Origin: Takakia lepidozioides
Taxonomy: Eukaryota > Plantae > Bryophyta
Assembly (NCBI GenBank): GCA_030704615.1
Contig: CM060731.1
Span: 12,152,001-12,216,000 of the forward strand
Reading direction: 5' to 3'
Length of the DNA stretch: 64,000 bases
The notes below the pieces were generated by a model. It worked only from the letters and a program-made list of their open reading frames with translations, ran no database searches and was not told the origin of the DNA. The number at the start of each line of letters is the position of its first letter. Within the stretch, counting starts at the first letter, position 1. Made by a program: the position numbers and the translations under genes. Below, one piece after another: positions 20,950 through 34,912 of this stretch.

Positions 20950-23919
20950 ATGGCAACCTTCAGCCCTCCAACCAAGATGGACTACTCAGCAGGCTCAACA
21001 GAGCAGAAGATGGACATGACGCTTGGTGAGTACACAAGCTTTTCTGTGATATGAGGCTTGTCGCTATCTTAAGGGTTCGGTGATTTCAGCATGTACCTCT
21101 CAGTAGTTTACTTCGGCAGTCATTGCTAGCGAGTTATGTACGTGTGTTTGTTACTCCGCTGCAGTTGTTAGATGCTTCATACAGGCTGTGTTATTATATA
21201 CTCTACCATGAAGCTAGTCGGTGGTAGCTGACGGTAAGAGTATGATAGACTTGTAACAGCTGCTGGACTTGAAAGATGGCTTTAATGCCTTATTAGTGAA
21301 ATCTGGCTAGCTATGTGCTGATTATGTCTTGCTCATTTCGTCTTATGCATCCTTATTGTGTTCTTTTGCCTGCAGATGATATTATCAAACACTCAAAGAA
21401 AGGCAGCGGGAAAAAGCCACGCATCCCTGTAAGCGCGAATTGTATTGGAGTCTGTTCCCTGGAGACACCCTGTGTCGGTGTGCTTACATGATCTGTGCAC
21501 TGTCGTGTTTGAGGAGGTTTGTATATGGGAATTTAGAATCTAAGTTGAGCTGGTATTTGTACAGATCAAGAACAGATATCAAAAGACAAATGGTCCTGCT
21601 GCAAGAGCTGCACTGCAGAAATCTGTAGCTTCCCGCTCGTCAGGCATGCGCCAGGTAGGATCTCATGTTTTCACTCTGTTAATGCAACCTGTCTGGTCTG
21701 TTAGCTTTTAAGGATGATCTCTCTAGGTAAGGCTATTCCATTGTAGGCAGATTGTAAATACTGGTATTGAATTTTGAAGGCATCTGCTACTTGAAAACAG
21801 GGGGATCATGAGAGGTTGACTGTGTTTTCTATTTTTTTTGGCTGAGTAGGGTAAGTTTGCAGAGGCAAGGTCTCGCAGTGGAGGCGCTAGCTTCCCTGTA
21901 ACCCGAGCTGCTGGCAAAAAAGCTTTTGCTGCACCAGTTAATACAAGAAGCCGGCAGATCATGAAGAGCAGGTACTTCCCTTTGTATTCAGTCCGCGAGA
22001 AACTAGTACTGTACTCCATAACACCTCTCTGGCTGTGGTTGTCGTGTTCTTCCCAGCTTGTTCTGTATAGTGCTTTCAGCACGTTTTTTCCCATTTTGTA
22101 TCATTCTCTATTTGAGGAGTTTCAAAATTCACAGAGTCTTGCTAGAGTGACATGAATTAGGATCATTTTATATGTGATTTCTTATTGTTGTTGTGGATAT
22201 GCAGTGAGACTGCTCGGAGAAATGGTTTCTCAAGGATGCGGAGCTCTGGTCTGAAATTGCCAAACACATATGCTGCTGGTGCTGGGAAAATGAAGATCTC
22301 AGTCATCAATGATACTAGCAAGTGAGTGGCTGGTGTATGTGCAGTTCTCCAACCGAACACTCTTACAGCTGCCAGATTGACTGGCTAGGGGTGTCACATG
22401 TTGTGCTTTGGACTTGCACTGTCGGCACTGGATGCTGTGATATCTTGGGCCACAGATGCTAAGGAAGACTTCAGAGCAGGGCTGTGGTTAAGCTTCTGGC
22501 TTGAGTTGTTGCGTATCAATACTGTGGTACAGGAAAGGCAGAGGGTTGTCAGTGAAGTTATGACTTGGAGATTCTCTCTTATCAAAAGACCGTGGAGGTG
22601 TGAAGTAGGAATCTGCTTGTGCTGAGATGGAGACTCTTCATAGCTTTCTCCAAAGTGGTATGAGAAGGAAGGCCTGATGTGTCTAGAGACCAACTCACAT
22701 TATTGAAGCAGCCCTCATATTTCCTTCAATTAAAGAAGTTTCCTTCGTCTGCCCCTGATGAAGTGGAAAGCCAGAGGGTGGTGTGCATAAACGAGAATAA
22801 GGGTAGAAGGTTGCACTTTTGATTTGCCTGTGACAAAAGTTGCAATTGCATCTCTTCTATGAGCAATGCATGGACCTGTATACCAGCACTGTGCTACTTT
22901 TACCAGTAGATGGGTGGAATTGGAGGTCTACCCTACTTCCACAGAGAGTTGCAGTTGCCTCTCTTGTTCAAGCGGTGCATGGGCTTGTGTTCCGGCACTG
23001 TGCTACTCTTGCCAATAGACGGGGCTTTATTTGGAGGTTTGCCCTGTCCACCTGATCAAGTAAGAAAGAGGAGATCATTCGGACAGAGCCAGTGGGTTGC
23101 TTCGAGTGCCCCAGGGGCCCTTGATTCTGGGGATTGAGCCCTTATGAAGGATATAGTGGTTTGGTGACATATCAGTGGATATTGAGCTTCTGCATGTGGT
23201 CGGAATCGTGTCAGAGCTGTTGAGCAAGAGGCCTTTGTCATTGGAGCCTACACTTAGGGCGTCGTCAACTTCTTCTCTCTACTTTTCTTTTGTATCTTCT
23301 TCCATTCTGCCAGTCAGCTTGCCTCAGAGGTAGGAGGCCTGTCGCGTGGCCAATGTGGTATGTTTCTCCCCTCTCCTCCCCCCTACCCAAGCCTTGGTGC
23401 TTTGGGCGACCAGGTGACCTTGTAACTGTTCCAGGTCTTATTGCAAGTATTGTTCTGCATTGTAGTTATGTGATTAGGCTTACTTTGCTTGTACCAGAAA
23501 TGGAGCAGCCAGACCAGCCATCCCCTTTCGCAGGCGAAATGCAGCACCTGTTGCTAACCGACAAGTCACAGCAGCAGTCTACAATGGCCCCCAGGTGCTT
23601 GTTCTGACAAAAGAAAAATGATGTACCAAATAAGTTGTACTTTGATATTTTGGTATTTTTTGGTCCAATTTCCAACAGAGCTACTATGTTTTTCACCTAT
23701 TACTGATTAACAATTACGCATTCCCAGAACAACTTTTAATCGGTCTATATTGGACGCGGATCATGTTTGCAGGTGCGTGTGGATTTCAATGTGCAGCAGA
23801 AGCCCAGGACGCTGGATTCCCTGTTTGCAAGCATCCGCAACAGTGCACCACCACAGCCATTTGTTGCCCAAGGCCCCAGCCGTAGGAGGGGGGGTGGTCG
23901 CAGGCGCCCTGCAGCTTGA
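20950..23919 (+). CDS. UAP56-interacting mRNA export adaptor (UIEF/UIF-like)
   Basis: Exons 20950-21025, 21376-21428, 21565-21654, 21850-21971, 22205-22321 and last exon 23773-23919. The N-terminal UAP56-binding motif KMDMTL|DDII spans exons 1/2, followed by RQ|GKFAEAR and FPVTRAAGKKA. The C-terminus has KPRTLDSLFASI and an RGG tail. The phase needs one extra small exon between 22321 and 23773 (candidate 23314-23329). Confidence 0.75.
22839..23052 (+). repeat. Two diverged ~109-bp tandem units in the long UIEF intron
   Basis: GTTGCA.TTGC.TCTCTT...TGCATGG...GCACTGTGCTACT...TAGA.GGG...TTGGAGGT.T.CCCT starts at 22839 and again at 22948. Confidence 0.8.
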
Positions 23920-25115
23920 AGCTTTTTCCATGGGCCTGTGGACATGAAAATTGTGTAGAGAATCAACTGTCCAATACTGTCAACTGCCATCCTTGAGATG
24001 TGCATATGCCTAAGAAGTCGCAGTGATAGTTGTTTTGTGAATGGGCACAGGACTGATGAAAGGGATGACTGTACCATACCTGTGATATTCCGTAGGATGA
24101 GTTAGCATATTGTTAGTAACAGGCGTTACGATCTTGTTTTTGTTCGATTTTGCGTAGTGTGGAAAGTTCCACATCAATCTGGATGCTGAAAGATTTTATG
24201 CACAATGCACATATGCTTGGATTTTCAATGATGTTGTCGAAAGTTTGTCAACAATTCCTAATAGCTGTTCTAGCATCTCTTGTCTTCTGTTGTGCCTGTA
24301 GTATCCTTGTTGCTAGCAGCAAGAAACCAGCTGATGCACCTTTCAGTTGTTGTTATGCAATCTTGTTACAATCCTGGCAATTGTTATGCAGAAACTACAG
24401 GTTATAAGTTGGCCTCTTCCTACCTGCAAGAGCATATGCCAAGCTAACACAAATCAACATTCACTTGCAATAAGCTGCATTTAGTTTTCCTTTGTCACAA
24501 CAACTCTGTCATTCTTCAATGTGTGAATGACATCATCAGTGTTGACAACGGTTGTAGTTGATTATAACAGTCTGATCCATATCCGTCTCTGCACGTGCAG
24601 ACATCATTCACAGAAAGAGGCCACATACTCATACAGAGGTTTCTCGATCTACAGCCAATAGCATGGAAGTAGAGATGCTTCAACCAGACCCTTGAAACAC
24701 CAACGAGAATATTGCAATGAACATTTATATGATCGTTTATGAGAGTCTTTCACAGAAAAATCTCCACAAGAGGGTTAACTATCAAAGTGGAGCTAGCTCA
24801 ACTCTCTTTCTATACATCACATTCCTATGTGGCTGTCTGAGCAATACTAAAGAGCTAGTTCAAAATGCTATCGACTCTAGCATCAATTTATCTCAGAGCC
24901 TGACAATGTCAATTCTCAGATGAACCATTTCCTGCAAGCTTATGCAACATGGCTTGTTGTTGCAACTGCTGTGGGTCATGAGTACAATCATAACCACCGC
25001 TCACTATGGACAGGCACTGATTCAATATCTTCTGTTGTTGCTTGTGTGTGATGGTTCCGCCTACAAGGGTTCTCTTGGTGAACATGATCTACATGTCATG
25101 TGACAAACTAAGGAG

Positions 25116-28100
25116 CTAAACAGAAGGTTGCAACCTTGTACCACCCTGGATATTCTCAATGCGCCACCCATAAAGAGTGCCAGCAGTGCTCTCAAGCTGA
25201 TCGCACAGCCTCTGTAGGTCCTTCCACTTGTCACTTCGATCCTCCAGCTGTTGACTTCCCTGCCAAAACACAAGTACATTCTTCCTAGGCGTCAAAATTG
25301 TCATCAATGTAATTGTCGACTAGCCAGTGTTGGGTGATTTAGTTTCCAGCTACACCAGAAATCAATAATACTATATCACAACTCCGACCTTCAATGTTTG
25401 TAAGACTGCCTTGAAAGTATCTTCAGAAGAAGAGAGAACGTGGCCAAGATTATCATGCTTGGAAATCTCCAGTATAGCTCGCGTGACTCCACACATCTGC
25501 TTGAGTGTCATGCTACTGGATGACTCCATGTCTGAAAGACACAAACAGGTCACATTATTTCAAGACTATGCAAGGTTTTTTTGAGACCTAAACTCCTTCG
25601 CACAACTGTAGTTAGAAAAATATCAGCCAGAATTCAGAAAACATCATTTTCGTCCAACAACTTCAAATACTAGGCTGGCGTCCTGATAGCCAGGCTATAT
25701 CCGGTATGGGCGCTCCATCTTTCATGGAAAGAAGAAAAAATGAGTGTGGAAGACAGGCTCTGACCCTGGAGCAGCAATGAATGGAGGCAGCTTAGCACTG
25801 CCCTTGCAAAACGCGGACTCCGGGAAAGTAGCACAAGACACGGCTTGTGCAGATTCTTCCATACAGAGTCCCCTTCGGGCAGAGCCTCACTTTGCAAGCC
25901 TTCCACCTGATTGACATGATCAAACCAGCGTCCTCAAAAAGCAGTAACATCCCCTGAGCTATATTATAGAGCATAGGACTTCATCCTAGAGTTATGCAGC
26001 TTCTCTGATGAAACTGCACAATTTCATATCACCCTGACTCCAAACCAAGCAGGTAGTAAAACTTTCAAGACTACACAACGAAAATTGTTTAATGAGTTCA
26101 TAACTCATAGCTCCTTCAATATACTCCATGTCTAATGTTCAATCACAGTCCGCCCGAAAGACGAAGCCACTTTGCACTTACCATGGCCACAGAAAAAAGG
26201 AAATGGGCCACAAACTGTGGGAGCGTATCTTCCAACGATTCAGGCAAGAAGGATGAGCTGCTCCTCTTGTAGTTGGAACTGAGCACAGCAATGGCCCTCA
26301 AAAAACAATGAACTGTCCCTAGAGGGGGGGACTTCACCTGCAAAGATAGGTCACAGCAACATGAGAGGTAGAAGCAAGGCACAGCTCCATCGAAAGCATA
26401 ATATGCCTGTTAAAGACCTGCAGAAATAATTCTGAGAAAACGAAGTGAAAAGGAAACTCAAGCATCACCCCTCTTCCAAAACCCATATAAAGGGTGAAGC
26501 TCACAAGCTCTTGGTGGATTGAAGGCCCAAGAAGATGTAACACAAGCTTACAATCCCCCATTTGAACAAGGCATGCACACACCACCCCTGCAATCACACA
26601 TTGTCTCCTCCTTGACTCCTCCTTCAAGTCTTCAATTCCATTATCATTCCTTATCTCCAAATTGTATTGGGGCATTTCTTCCCTCTGAACTCCTCCTGCT
26701 GTTGTGTTGCAAAGCACTCAACATGTTACTTTGCCAATCAATTTCGACAGGAATAATTTGATTAAATGCCAAAGACAATTGGTACAATCTTTTATCATTA
26801 TACCAACATTACGGTAAATGGACTTATCCCGAAACAGGACACACAAAGAACAATCTTCCTTTTGGCAGAGGCAGGAGTGAATAAGAGGAAGAGAATGTAC
26901 TCACAAGACGTTGTTTGCCATAGCCTTGTGGCCATGGATACACGCCCAGGTCAGGTAGAACAAGCGGGAACAGACACTACCTTTGTGAGGGGCTCACTCC
27001 GTTAGTGGGACTTACCTTGATATAATAAGAGGGAGAGAGTGAGAAGGAGAAAGAGGGAGAGGGAGAGACCCTGAGTAGAAGTGTGGCCAACAAGCAGTGT
27101 CAGAAGGAAACTGATATGTTGTGCAAACCCCAGAAAGCCCTGCGTGAACACTCTGTGGAGGACCTCCACAATTCGTATAGATATGTCCAAACCCACCTCA
27201 GCACCTGCCAAAGCAAGTACACATCAGCCGCATGTCGGCTTCGCCAGACCGAGCTCAAATCTTTACCTGTGAAGCCAAAAATCACAAGAAAGCAGAGAGA
27301 ACATACAAGCATCTAATAAGCATAAAATTGTGGCACACTCACACAGACAGCAGTGTGCCACGGCCTTGAGAAAAGCTGTTGAAAAATGCGTACAGTAGTA
27401 CAAAGTATCAACCGCCAACTCCTGACATTTCTTCGGAAGTTTGATGAAGGGACCATAGACACACCTCACTGCATTCAACCTTTCAGATCATTTAGACGAT
27501 CAAAGACATGTCCATCCCCTTCTGCCTCAATCATGGAGAGAAATTTCTCCATCACAGTTCAGTCTGAAGAAAGGTGTAAATGAGAGCAAAAAGTAGTGTC
27601 GAACCCAAGCAAACTGTCTAAGGATCCCGAATCCCGATTGGAACCCCTACACTTTTCCTCCTTGGGCTTTGTTCATTCCCTTCAACTGCCTTAAGCTTAT
27701 CTGCATACCCTACACCAGAATCAATGGCTAATTCTTACATAAACGGTCATCATTAACATCATCACACTACATAAGCACAATCACTGTAGGAAAAGGTCAG
27801 TTGGGAGCATACATTGGTTACCATTTTTGGTTGAGGCCAAAAATGTGCAGAAGAAAGGAATCATGGCAGGTTGTAGAACTGCATATTCTTGGGCCAATAG
27901 GGATCCCTGGGGTGCCGAGCGCCCAATGTGCAACAGCATTTGCAGAATAGCCTGCACTCAGTCCCCAACCCCCGAAAATCAGCGAAATGGACAAAAATCA
28001 ACCCTTCTCCCAACTTCCTTGCAAGAGAAAATAGGGCAACACCCATCTGCTGCAAGGCATATTACATACACAGTAAAGTACGTAATGCAGCTCTGTAACA

Positions 28101-30188
28101 TTTGGTAAAAAAAACAAGCTCAGGATGGACACTAAGCTCTCTGTCTGCAAAGGAAAAGCCTTTAGTCTGGAGAAGAAATGCATTGAAATGAAGCCCTTGG
28201 AAAGAAGGTTATAAGTCTCCAGAAGGGAACAGTCACTTGATTTCCACAGGCTCTATTTCTGGGTAGAGGTCTTAGAAAATAGAACACTCAGATACCTGAG
28301 AGAAAGAGGGGTGTGTGTGCTTGAGCTCCCACAGAAGACGAGGCAGAGATTGCAGCCACTGCTTCTGGAATTGCAAGGGTACTTCAACTTGCCCTTGATT
28401 ACTTCGCTGCAAATACACATACTCCCAGACTTAGCCATTTACCACACTCTGTATTTTCTAGCAACCAGGGTTCATTAAAATCATCTGAATTGAAACAAAC
28501 TGTATACCCAACGCAGTAGTAACCATAAGATGAAGAGATTATCAGAAGTTCTATGACCTCAAACACTCACACACAGGGTCCAGGAGGAACAAGGTGGGGA
28601 AAGTGGCTTTACAGGCAGTAGCATATTGGCCATGGCAGAAAGGCAGGCAAGCTTGGTGGAGGAATGAGCCTTGCATGACTGAAACACATGTGAGAAGGCC
28701 TGCAGGCAACATTACACCTGAGTAACTGACAGTTGGGCTTACAAAGAACAACCCATTCTGTGGATTCATGAAACCATAATGAAAACATGACAATAACTGA
28801 TCACCTTATGCCAACTGCACCCTCTTTCGATCAGATACTTATGGAAATGCCCACAGATGAAGACTGCAGACAAATCCGTGTTCAAGGACCTTTTGAAACA
28901 GCTATACTGTGGGAAGGTTGATACCTGAAGAAGTCTGAACGTCCATTCTTGAGAGACACAGAGGAGAAGGCGGGGAACCAAACTAACAAGTAACCTCATA
29001 TGAGGCTCTGCAAGCTGGCTGTCTACTACCCCCGCTGACATCACTGACGATGGCAGCATCTGCAACACAGGCACAAGGTACGCAGCAATTATCATTACCT
29101 TCTGACATGCATATGCTGCTCATTTGCAACTGCAGGGGTGTGTGTCAGCAAAGGAACATTGCACTGAGCTTGTGACAAGCTCATTGTCCTGATAAGAATG
29201 GAGTAGTGGCTATGACGCTCCAGCTGCGCTGGTACTGAGTCAGGACCGTGTCCCAAATGACACCTTAAGACGGTGGACTGTATCACATTTAGCAACTGTT
29301 CACTTGTTTGGTACCCTTGGCAACTGCAATCCACAAGTCTTTCCTGTAGTTAGAAAGAAATATGAATTTTAAAGTAGCAAGGAATTACCATGCCATTCAG
29401 CGCACTTTCAAGGTACTCGAGGGTCAAGTAAGTCACAGCTTGCTCCTTCTCTTTCCCAATCTCCAAGCTGGGCGGCACTATCAAGTGCAACATAACCTCG
29501 CAAATGCCCACATTTAAGGCTACCAACCCCTCCTCCACCTGCACCCAACAGAGATTCATCCTTAACAGACAGGTTATAAGGCTTCCCTACGAATGACATG
29601 CACCAGCTATCTGAAGTCTAAGGGAGCACATTCGAGTCACAAATGGAAGATCAAAAATCTGTATCTATTTCCCATATGGCCCGCCCCGAACACCCCAAGC
29701 AGACCTATTGCCACATAGCTGTGTAAAACAACTAAACATAGTTGCAGACTACAAAAACAAGACAAGAGAATAACACACCTTGGCAGGCAAGTGGATAGAA
29801 GGTGCAACCACAGGAAAACATGCTATCACATGCTTTTGCAAAGCAGGTAAGAACTGCCACCGCATCCACAAGCGCAATCCCCACTCCTCTTCAACAAACT
29901 CAAAAAGATTGGACCCAGTCAAGGTGGCCATCTTTCTGCTTCCATCCCAAGCAGATGAAACTGGTGGTGCTTCACTGATGAAGCATTGAAAGAGAAGGGA
30001 TAGAGCCCGAGTGACATAGATCATGCAGTTGAGATTGATGCAGTCAGGCATGGGACCCGCACATACAGTGGGTGCACACTCAGCCCAGCATTCTAGAAGA
30101 ACAGGGACTAGGGGTCCTGCAACCGATATAGTACGTCCCAGATTCCCTACATGGCCAAAAAAATGCCATCAGATCAAATTCATCCACC

Positions 30189-30226
<38 letters not shown>

Positions 30227-33200
30227 GCCAGTCAAAGCCACTATCAAGTAGGTGTCCATTGTAAGTCCCATTTGAATTTGGACCCAGCTACAGCTTTTAC
30301 TAATGCAACTGGAGGATTGTCCTGGCTGGCATTCAGTGAATATCACTTGGATGCTACCTACAACGATATGATCAAATTGTGTTATTAATTTCTCCAAACC
30401 ACACCAACATGTCGCATAATTTGCGTAGGGGTGGACAGTGTGAAAATTGACACACTCGTTCCACGTCCCGATGCATTGGTATCTCCAGGTTGACAGGTTC
30501 TTTAACTGATGCTAGCCCCCATTCATAGGCCAGGAGTAGCTCAAAAGTAATTATGTAGTTTGTATATTAAACAAGTAAACTTTGACTCATGATCGAAGAT
30601 CAAAGTTCTAGTGACTTCACCTCTTGTAGTAGTTGAGAAGTTGACTATTTCTTAACATCCCAGTTTGTTTCATCAGATGCAAAGAGTCCAGTAGGTGGCT
30701 GACAAGGACCAGAGTAGCACAGGTCTATGTACCAGTGGTTCAAAGGGTGGTCCCCACTTAGTCTTGGGTAAAAGCTGTCGCCTTCACTCTCCACTACGCC
30801 TCGATTTTCCCTGCTGGAGAAACAATCTTGGTCCTCAATGCCCCAGATGTTTTGTCATTATTAAGTTGAAGACTGTTTCTGATTACAATTCCAAAAATGG
30901 AATGCTTCTAGCCCATATGGAAGCATCATGGTCTTAAGTTGAATTTTGTTTCGGATTACAAATGACGATAAAAAGGGTTTGGTTGTGAGTAAGAACACAA
31001 TTGCAGAGCAGGCTGCAACAATTTTGTACACTGAGAACTACCTGTATTTTGCACCCTTTTGGAAGTCAAACGTTTTTGCTGTGCTTCTCCTGACACAGAA
31101 CAGCCAAAACCATAGATCAACCTCTGAACGACCAGCTGTTTCAAAAATGCCTGAAGTATCTGGAAAGACCCTGGAATCCTCTTCATTGTGACAATTCCAA
31201 TCTATCCTACAGATCACATTCAGCCACGACACTTGCAACCTGTCTCAAAATCCACCACAGTTTTTCTTTGTGAATAAAGACAGACTTAAATCACTTCAAA
31301 TATGTTCTGTTGAAATACTCCAGCAAAAGGCAGAAAACATGTCCTAGAAATTCCAAAGTTGCCCAAAGGTTTTGGCTAGCGCAGAAAGCTCACCAGCGTC
31401 CTTAACATGAGGCTCTAAAGTGGGCTGCAGATGAAGGATAGCTTCTGCTTGGCTTGACTGGAAGGACAAAACCCCTTCTGGCACCCCACTCTTGTACCCA
31501 TGTAAGGCCTGCAATTCCCTACCCTCCTCCTGTGACCAGAACAGCATCAACTATTGAGGAACTCTACAGATATTGCTGAACTACACCATTATCCTGTCTT
31601 GCTGCACTCATGTTGGAGATTTCAGACAGAATGTCTGCCAAAGACCAGAAGCCTACACTTGGCTCAACTGATTACCCTTAAAAAGACAGAATAACTTGTG
31701 TCGGGAATAGCTAGAAACACCTGACTTTTCTTGACAAAATCTTGGAGAGTTTCGGTGACTAAGTAGAGGACATTGTAAGATGATCGAACATATGGACCCA
31801 TGGTGAACATGAGAGTTAACCTTTTTGGTAAGAGTATACTTCTGACCCCAGTGATGTGTTTGGGTGACACTGTTGTGATTCTTTGAAGGTTCCCCTGACA
31901 AACCGATGTGTAACGCTGCCAAAAATTTGACCAGACTGCTAAGCACATCCTCTAGCCGACCCATAGCCTGCCCGCTTACTCCTCCTTTTCCAAGCAAGTC
32001 GATATAATGTTGTATGATCTACAGCACAACACATGAATTAATTAGAACACACCAGCCAATTCCTTTCTATTCCCAAGTCCTACAAGATACCCTGCACCAC
32101 AATTTGACAATTTGACAATCAATGGTGGAGATCTGTTTTCCTCATGAGAAAGAGAAAGGAGGAAGCTTAGAAACTTTGGAAATTTCTACTTGAAAAGAGT
32201 TCAAATATGTTACGTGAGAAGACTAAATACATGAGGCAATTACCAATATTTCATAAGAAGAGAATCAACCAGTTTATTTGTCGAGATGCAATTATCTGGA
32301 AAAGGAACTAGAAAATCATTCTGTAGAAAAGTAGGAATAAAGGGAGACCTGGCCTGAGAAGGAGGACACCACAAGAGACGGGTAGTGCTGCACAAGAAGA
32401 TCCAGAAAGGAGCAGGCAGATGCACGAATATCCATCACTAAGTGTGTCATGGCACTGCTCACGTGTGCCATGAGCCCTGGCACTAGAGGCCCCATCATTG
32501 CCTGCAGTCACAGCCAAATTTTTTGACTATGCTTCTACAGGTAGTTGTCTACAATGATAAGGCACGTAATGGCTGCGGCTCTAACAAGCACGTATCTTGA
32601 CATCAGCTCTCTCTCTCTCTCCCTCTCTATGTGTGTGCAACACAGTTCAGTGAACTGCTTAATAAACCATTTCTCTCTCTCTCCCTTCCATGGAAATAAT
32701 TTAAAAAAAAAATTCTCCTTCCAGAATGTACACAAGGGAGACACAGTAACCTGAGGCAAGCCTGGCAAGATTGATGTGCGCAAGATGAGGAGAAAAGCCT
32801 GGCGCACAGCCTTATCAGAATCGGTAATTCGAGGGGACAACTTTTCTATGATAGCCACCGCATGCAAACCAAGCTCTTTTGGAAATTGAGCTAGAAGATC
32901 CTTTATCCCCATCAATGCCTCTGCTCAACACCGGTGACCACTTAGATGGGCATATCAACCCTCTGTGAATTCTCATCTGCATGCATTTTTCATCCATTTG
33001 GCTAGAATTGCACAATACAGTATAACTTTCATCTTCAACCGCAGTCATGAATACCCCACAAAACTCACACATGATTGAAGTACCTTTGCGGATGCGCTCG
33101 CTGTAGTGAGTAGTCTGAGTAAGGAGCTCTTTCAGTGTCTGCCTCCGCTGATTCACTGCCACTCCCTCCTTATCCTGGGCCAATGTCTGGCCAGGTAGCA

Positions 33201-34510
33201 CAATGGCTGTGCCACACTCCCAGGCCTTCAGAACCAGCCAACTCTTTCTACTGTTCTGTTCCAAAATCAATCTCTCCCCCTCTCTCTCCCTCTCTCTCTC
33301 ACACACACACAAGGCTACAAGGCCACAAGGCTACGGCAAAGAACATCATGAGTACATTCTCTCTCTCTCTCTCTCATACACGCACACATCTCTCTTGGTG
33401 GAAGTTATCATGGTTTTTACTTTTTCCCTTCTCTCTTGTATTACATTACTGCAGGATAGGCCACCCCTCACTCACCCAAACGATGGATGAGAACGTGCTA
33501 CTACATGACATAAAGAGACAATGAGGTGTCAGGGAAACAACCCCAAGAAACCAACCTTTTGATTTGAACTCAAGTTTAGTAGCATTTTTAGGGGGAGGCA
33601 ACTTTCTTCCCACTTTTGTCTTCACTTTCTGCAAGTTGTGTGCATATTCATGTGAGTAAGAGACACCTTGCATGGACAAAGCCACAGAGATTTATCCCAC
33701 ATGCACAGGCAACCGTGGCAATCACGCTGAATTGCCTTTCCTCAAACCCATAAGCAACAGGTTATGAACCCCAAGCCCAATATCGTGTGATATCTATAAG
33801 GTGATTTGGAAGATCTTGAAATATATTACTAAGCACTTGGCGAGCAAAACTTCTACAGCCCAAGAGCCAAGAAAGCATTCTGCCACACAGAGTTGGGTTC
33901 ATGATGTATTAAAAGCTGGAAAACTTGGGGGTGAAACAGAGGGGAGTGGGGATAATCCCGACGGTTGCTCAGACGAGCTGAGGACACCATGTGATTGCAT
34001 TCCAACAAAATTGCCAATTTAATCCCAGCTCCCCAATGAAGTCCAACACCTCCAATTCATTTCATAAAGACTGGCTCTGGCCGCATACATTTTCAGTGCA
34101 ATGCTGAATTTGGCTCCAACAGTGGGTTCTAAGGAGGATTGACTACGCCCACTTCCTTAACAAATTCATAGAAGCCCAGGTCTATGAGAGGCGAGCACTG
34201 TCTTACTGGTGATACAAAAGAGAGAGTACGCAGAGGAAACACTGGCAAGGATTAGCGCACAGAACAAACAAAAAAACAGAAATAAGAGCATGACAGAGCA
34301 CAACAGCTATCGAAACTGGAAAATTCTGATGTATAAAAGACCAATTTCCAGCTGGACGGCGAGTTCAGAAAAATATGAGCGCAACCCAACTATGAACAAC
34401 AGAAAAACACGCCGAGAGGCACGAAATCAACGCGCCTTGAAGTCGATGCCCAAGCCTTTAGCCTTGCTTTTCTTGCCGCCTTTGGACGCAGCGTGGCTCG
34501 CCGGCGCCAT
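25116..34510 (-). CDS. TEX10: TEX10 / IPI1 (Rix1-complex pre-60S processing factor), multi-exon
   Basis: Reads MAPASH...GIDFK|KVKTKVGRKLPPPKNATKLEFKSK|AIVLPGQ...LKELLTQTTHYSERIRK|EALMGIKDLL...LSPRITDSDKAVRQA|...LMAHVSSAMTHLVMDIR...FLDLLVQHYP (Ipi1_N). Later exons include YGPFIKLPKKCQELAVDTLYY. The probable last exon is GSQQLEDR...LQPSV*. Internal exons were not all resolved. Confidence 0.88.
30194..30222. repeat. (GA)n microsatellite; further CT/CA tracts at ~32607, 33270-33390 and 14853
   Basis: Directly visible dinucleotide runs in introns. Confidence 0.9.
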
Positions 34511-34817
34511 TCTGCGCACCCTCTCCTCCTTGCATACACACAACCCAAATTCCAACTCTCCCTACCTACAATGGCTCCAACAAAATCCCGATAACTACCT
34601 CCTCCTCCTCTTCAGCAAAAATCCTCTTCAACAAAAATCCCCTTAACACCACCATCATTTTTCTTCATGTACCGGTATCACCGAGAGACAAGTCTGTGCG
34701 AGGGTGAGGGTCCGTTACAGAGCAGACAGCGCAGCTGCTGCACTGTTGGGGGCCCCATCACCATCTCTGTGTTCCCCCCCCCCCCCCCTCCGAGACCTAG
34801 GCTCTCTCTCTTCTGCG

Positions 34818-34912
34818 ACCCGGCCCGGCCTATTACGGCCCGGCCCGCGCCCGCGGAAGGCCGTTTTACTACGGCCCAGTACGTGAGTGCAACGGCCAAG
34901 CCCGGCCCATAA
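34818..34912. promoter_or_regulatory. GC-rich cluster of site-II-like (GGCCC/GGCCCA) motifs upstream of TEX10
   Basis: Repeated CGGCCC, including GGCCCAG and GGCCCAT, about 300-400 bp upstream of the TEX10 ATG. Such motifs are typical of plant ribosome-biogenesis promoters. Confidence 0.45.

Noticed and set aside
22750-22785. CTGATGA...GAAA hammerhead-ribozyme-like core
   Set aside because: Only 4 non-palindromic nt (AGTG) lie between the boxes, and no convincing stems I and III are present.
23615-23710. Possible intronic C/D snoRNA (ATGATGT...CTGA)
   Set aside because: The C box is non-canonical, the terminal stem is negligible and no rRNA guide was recognised.
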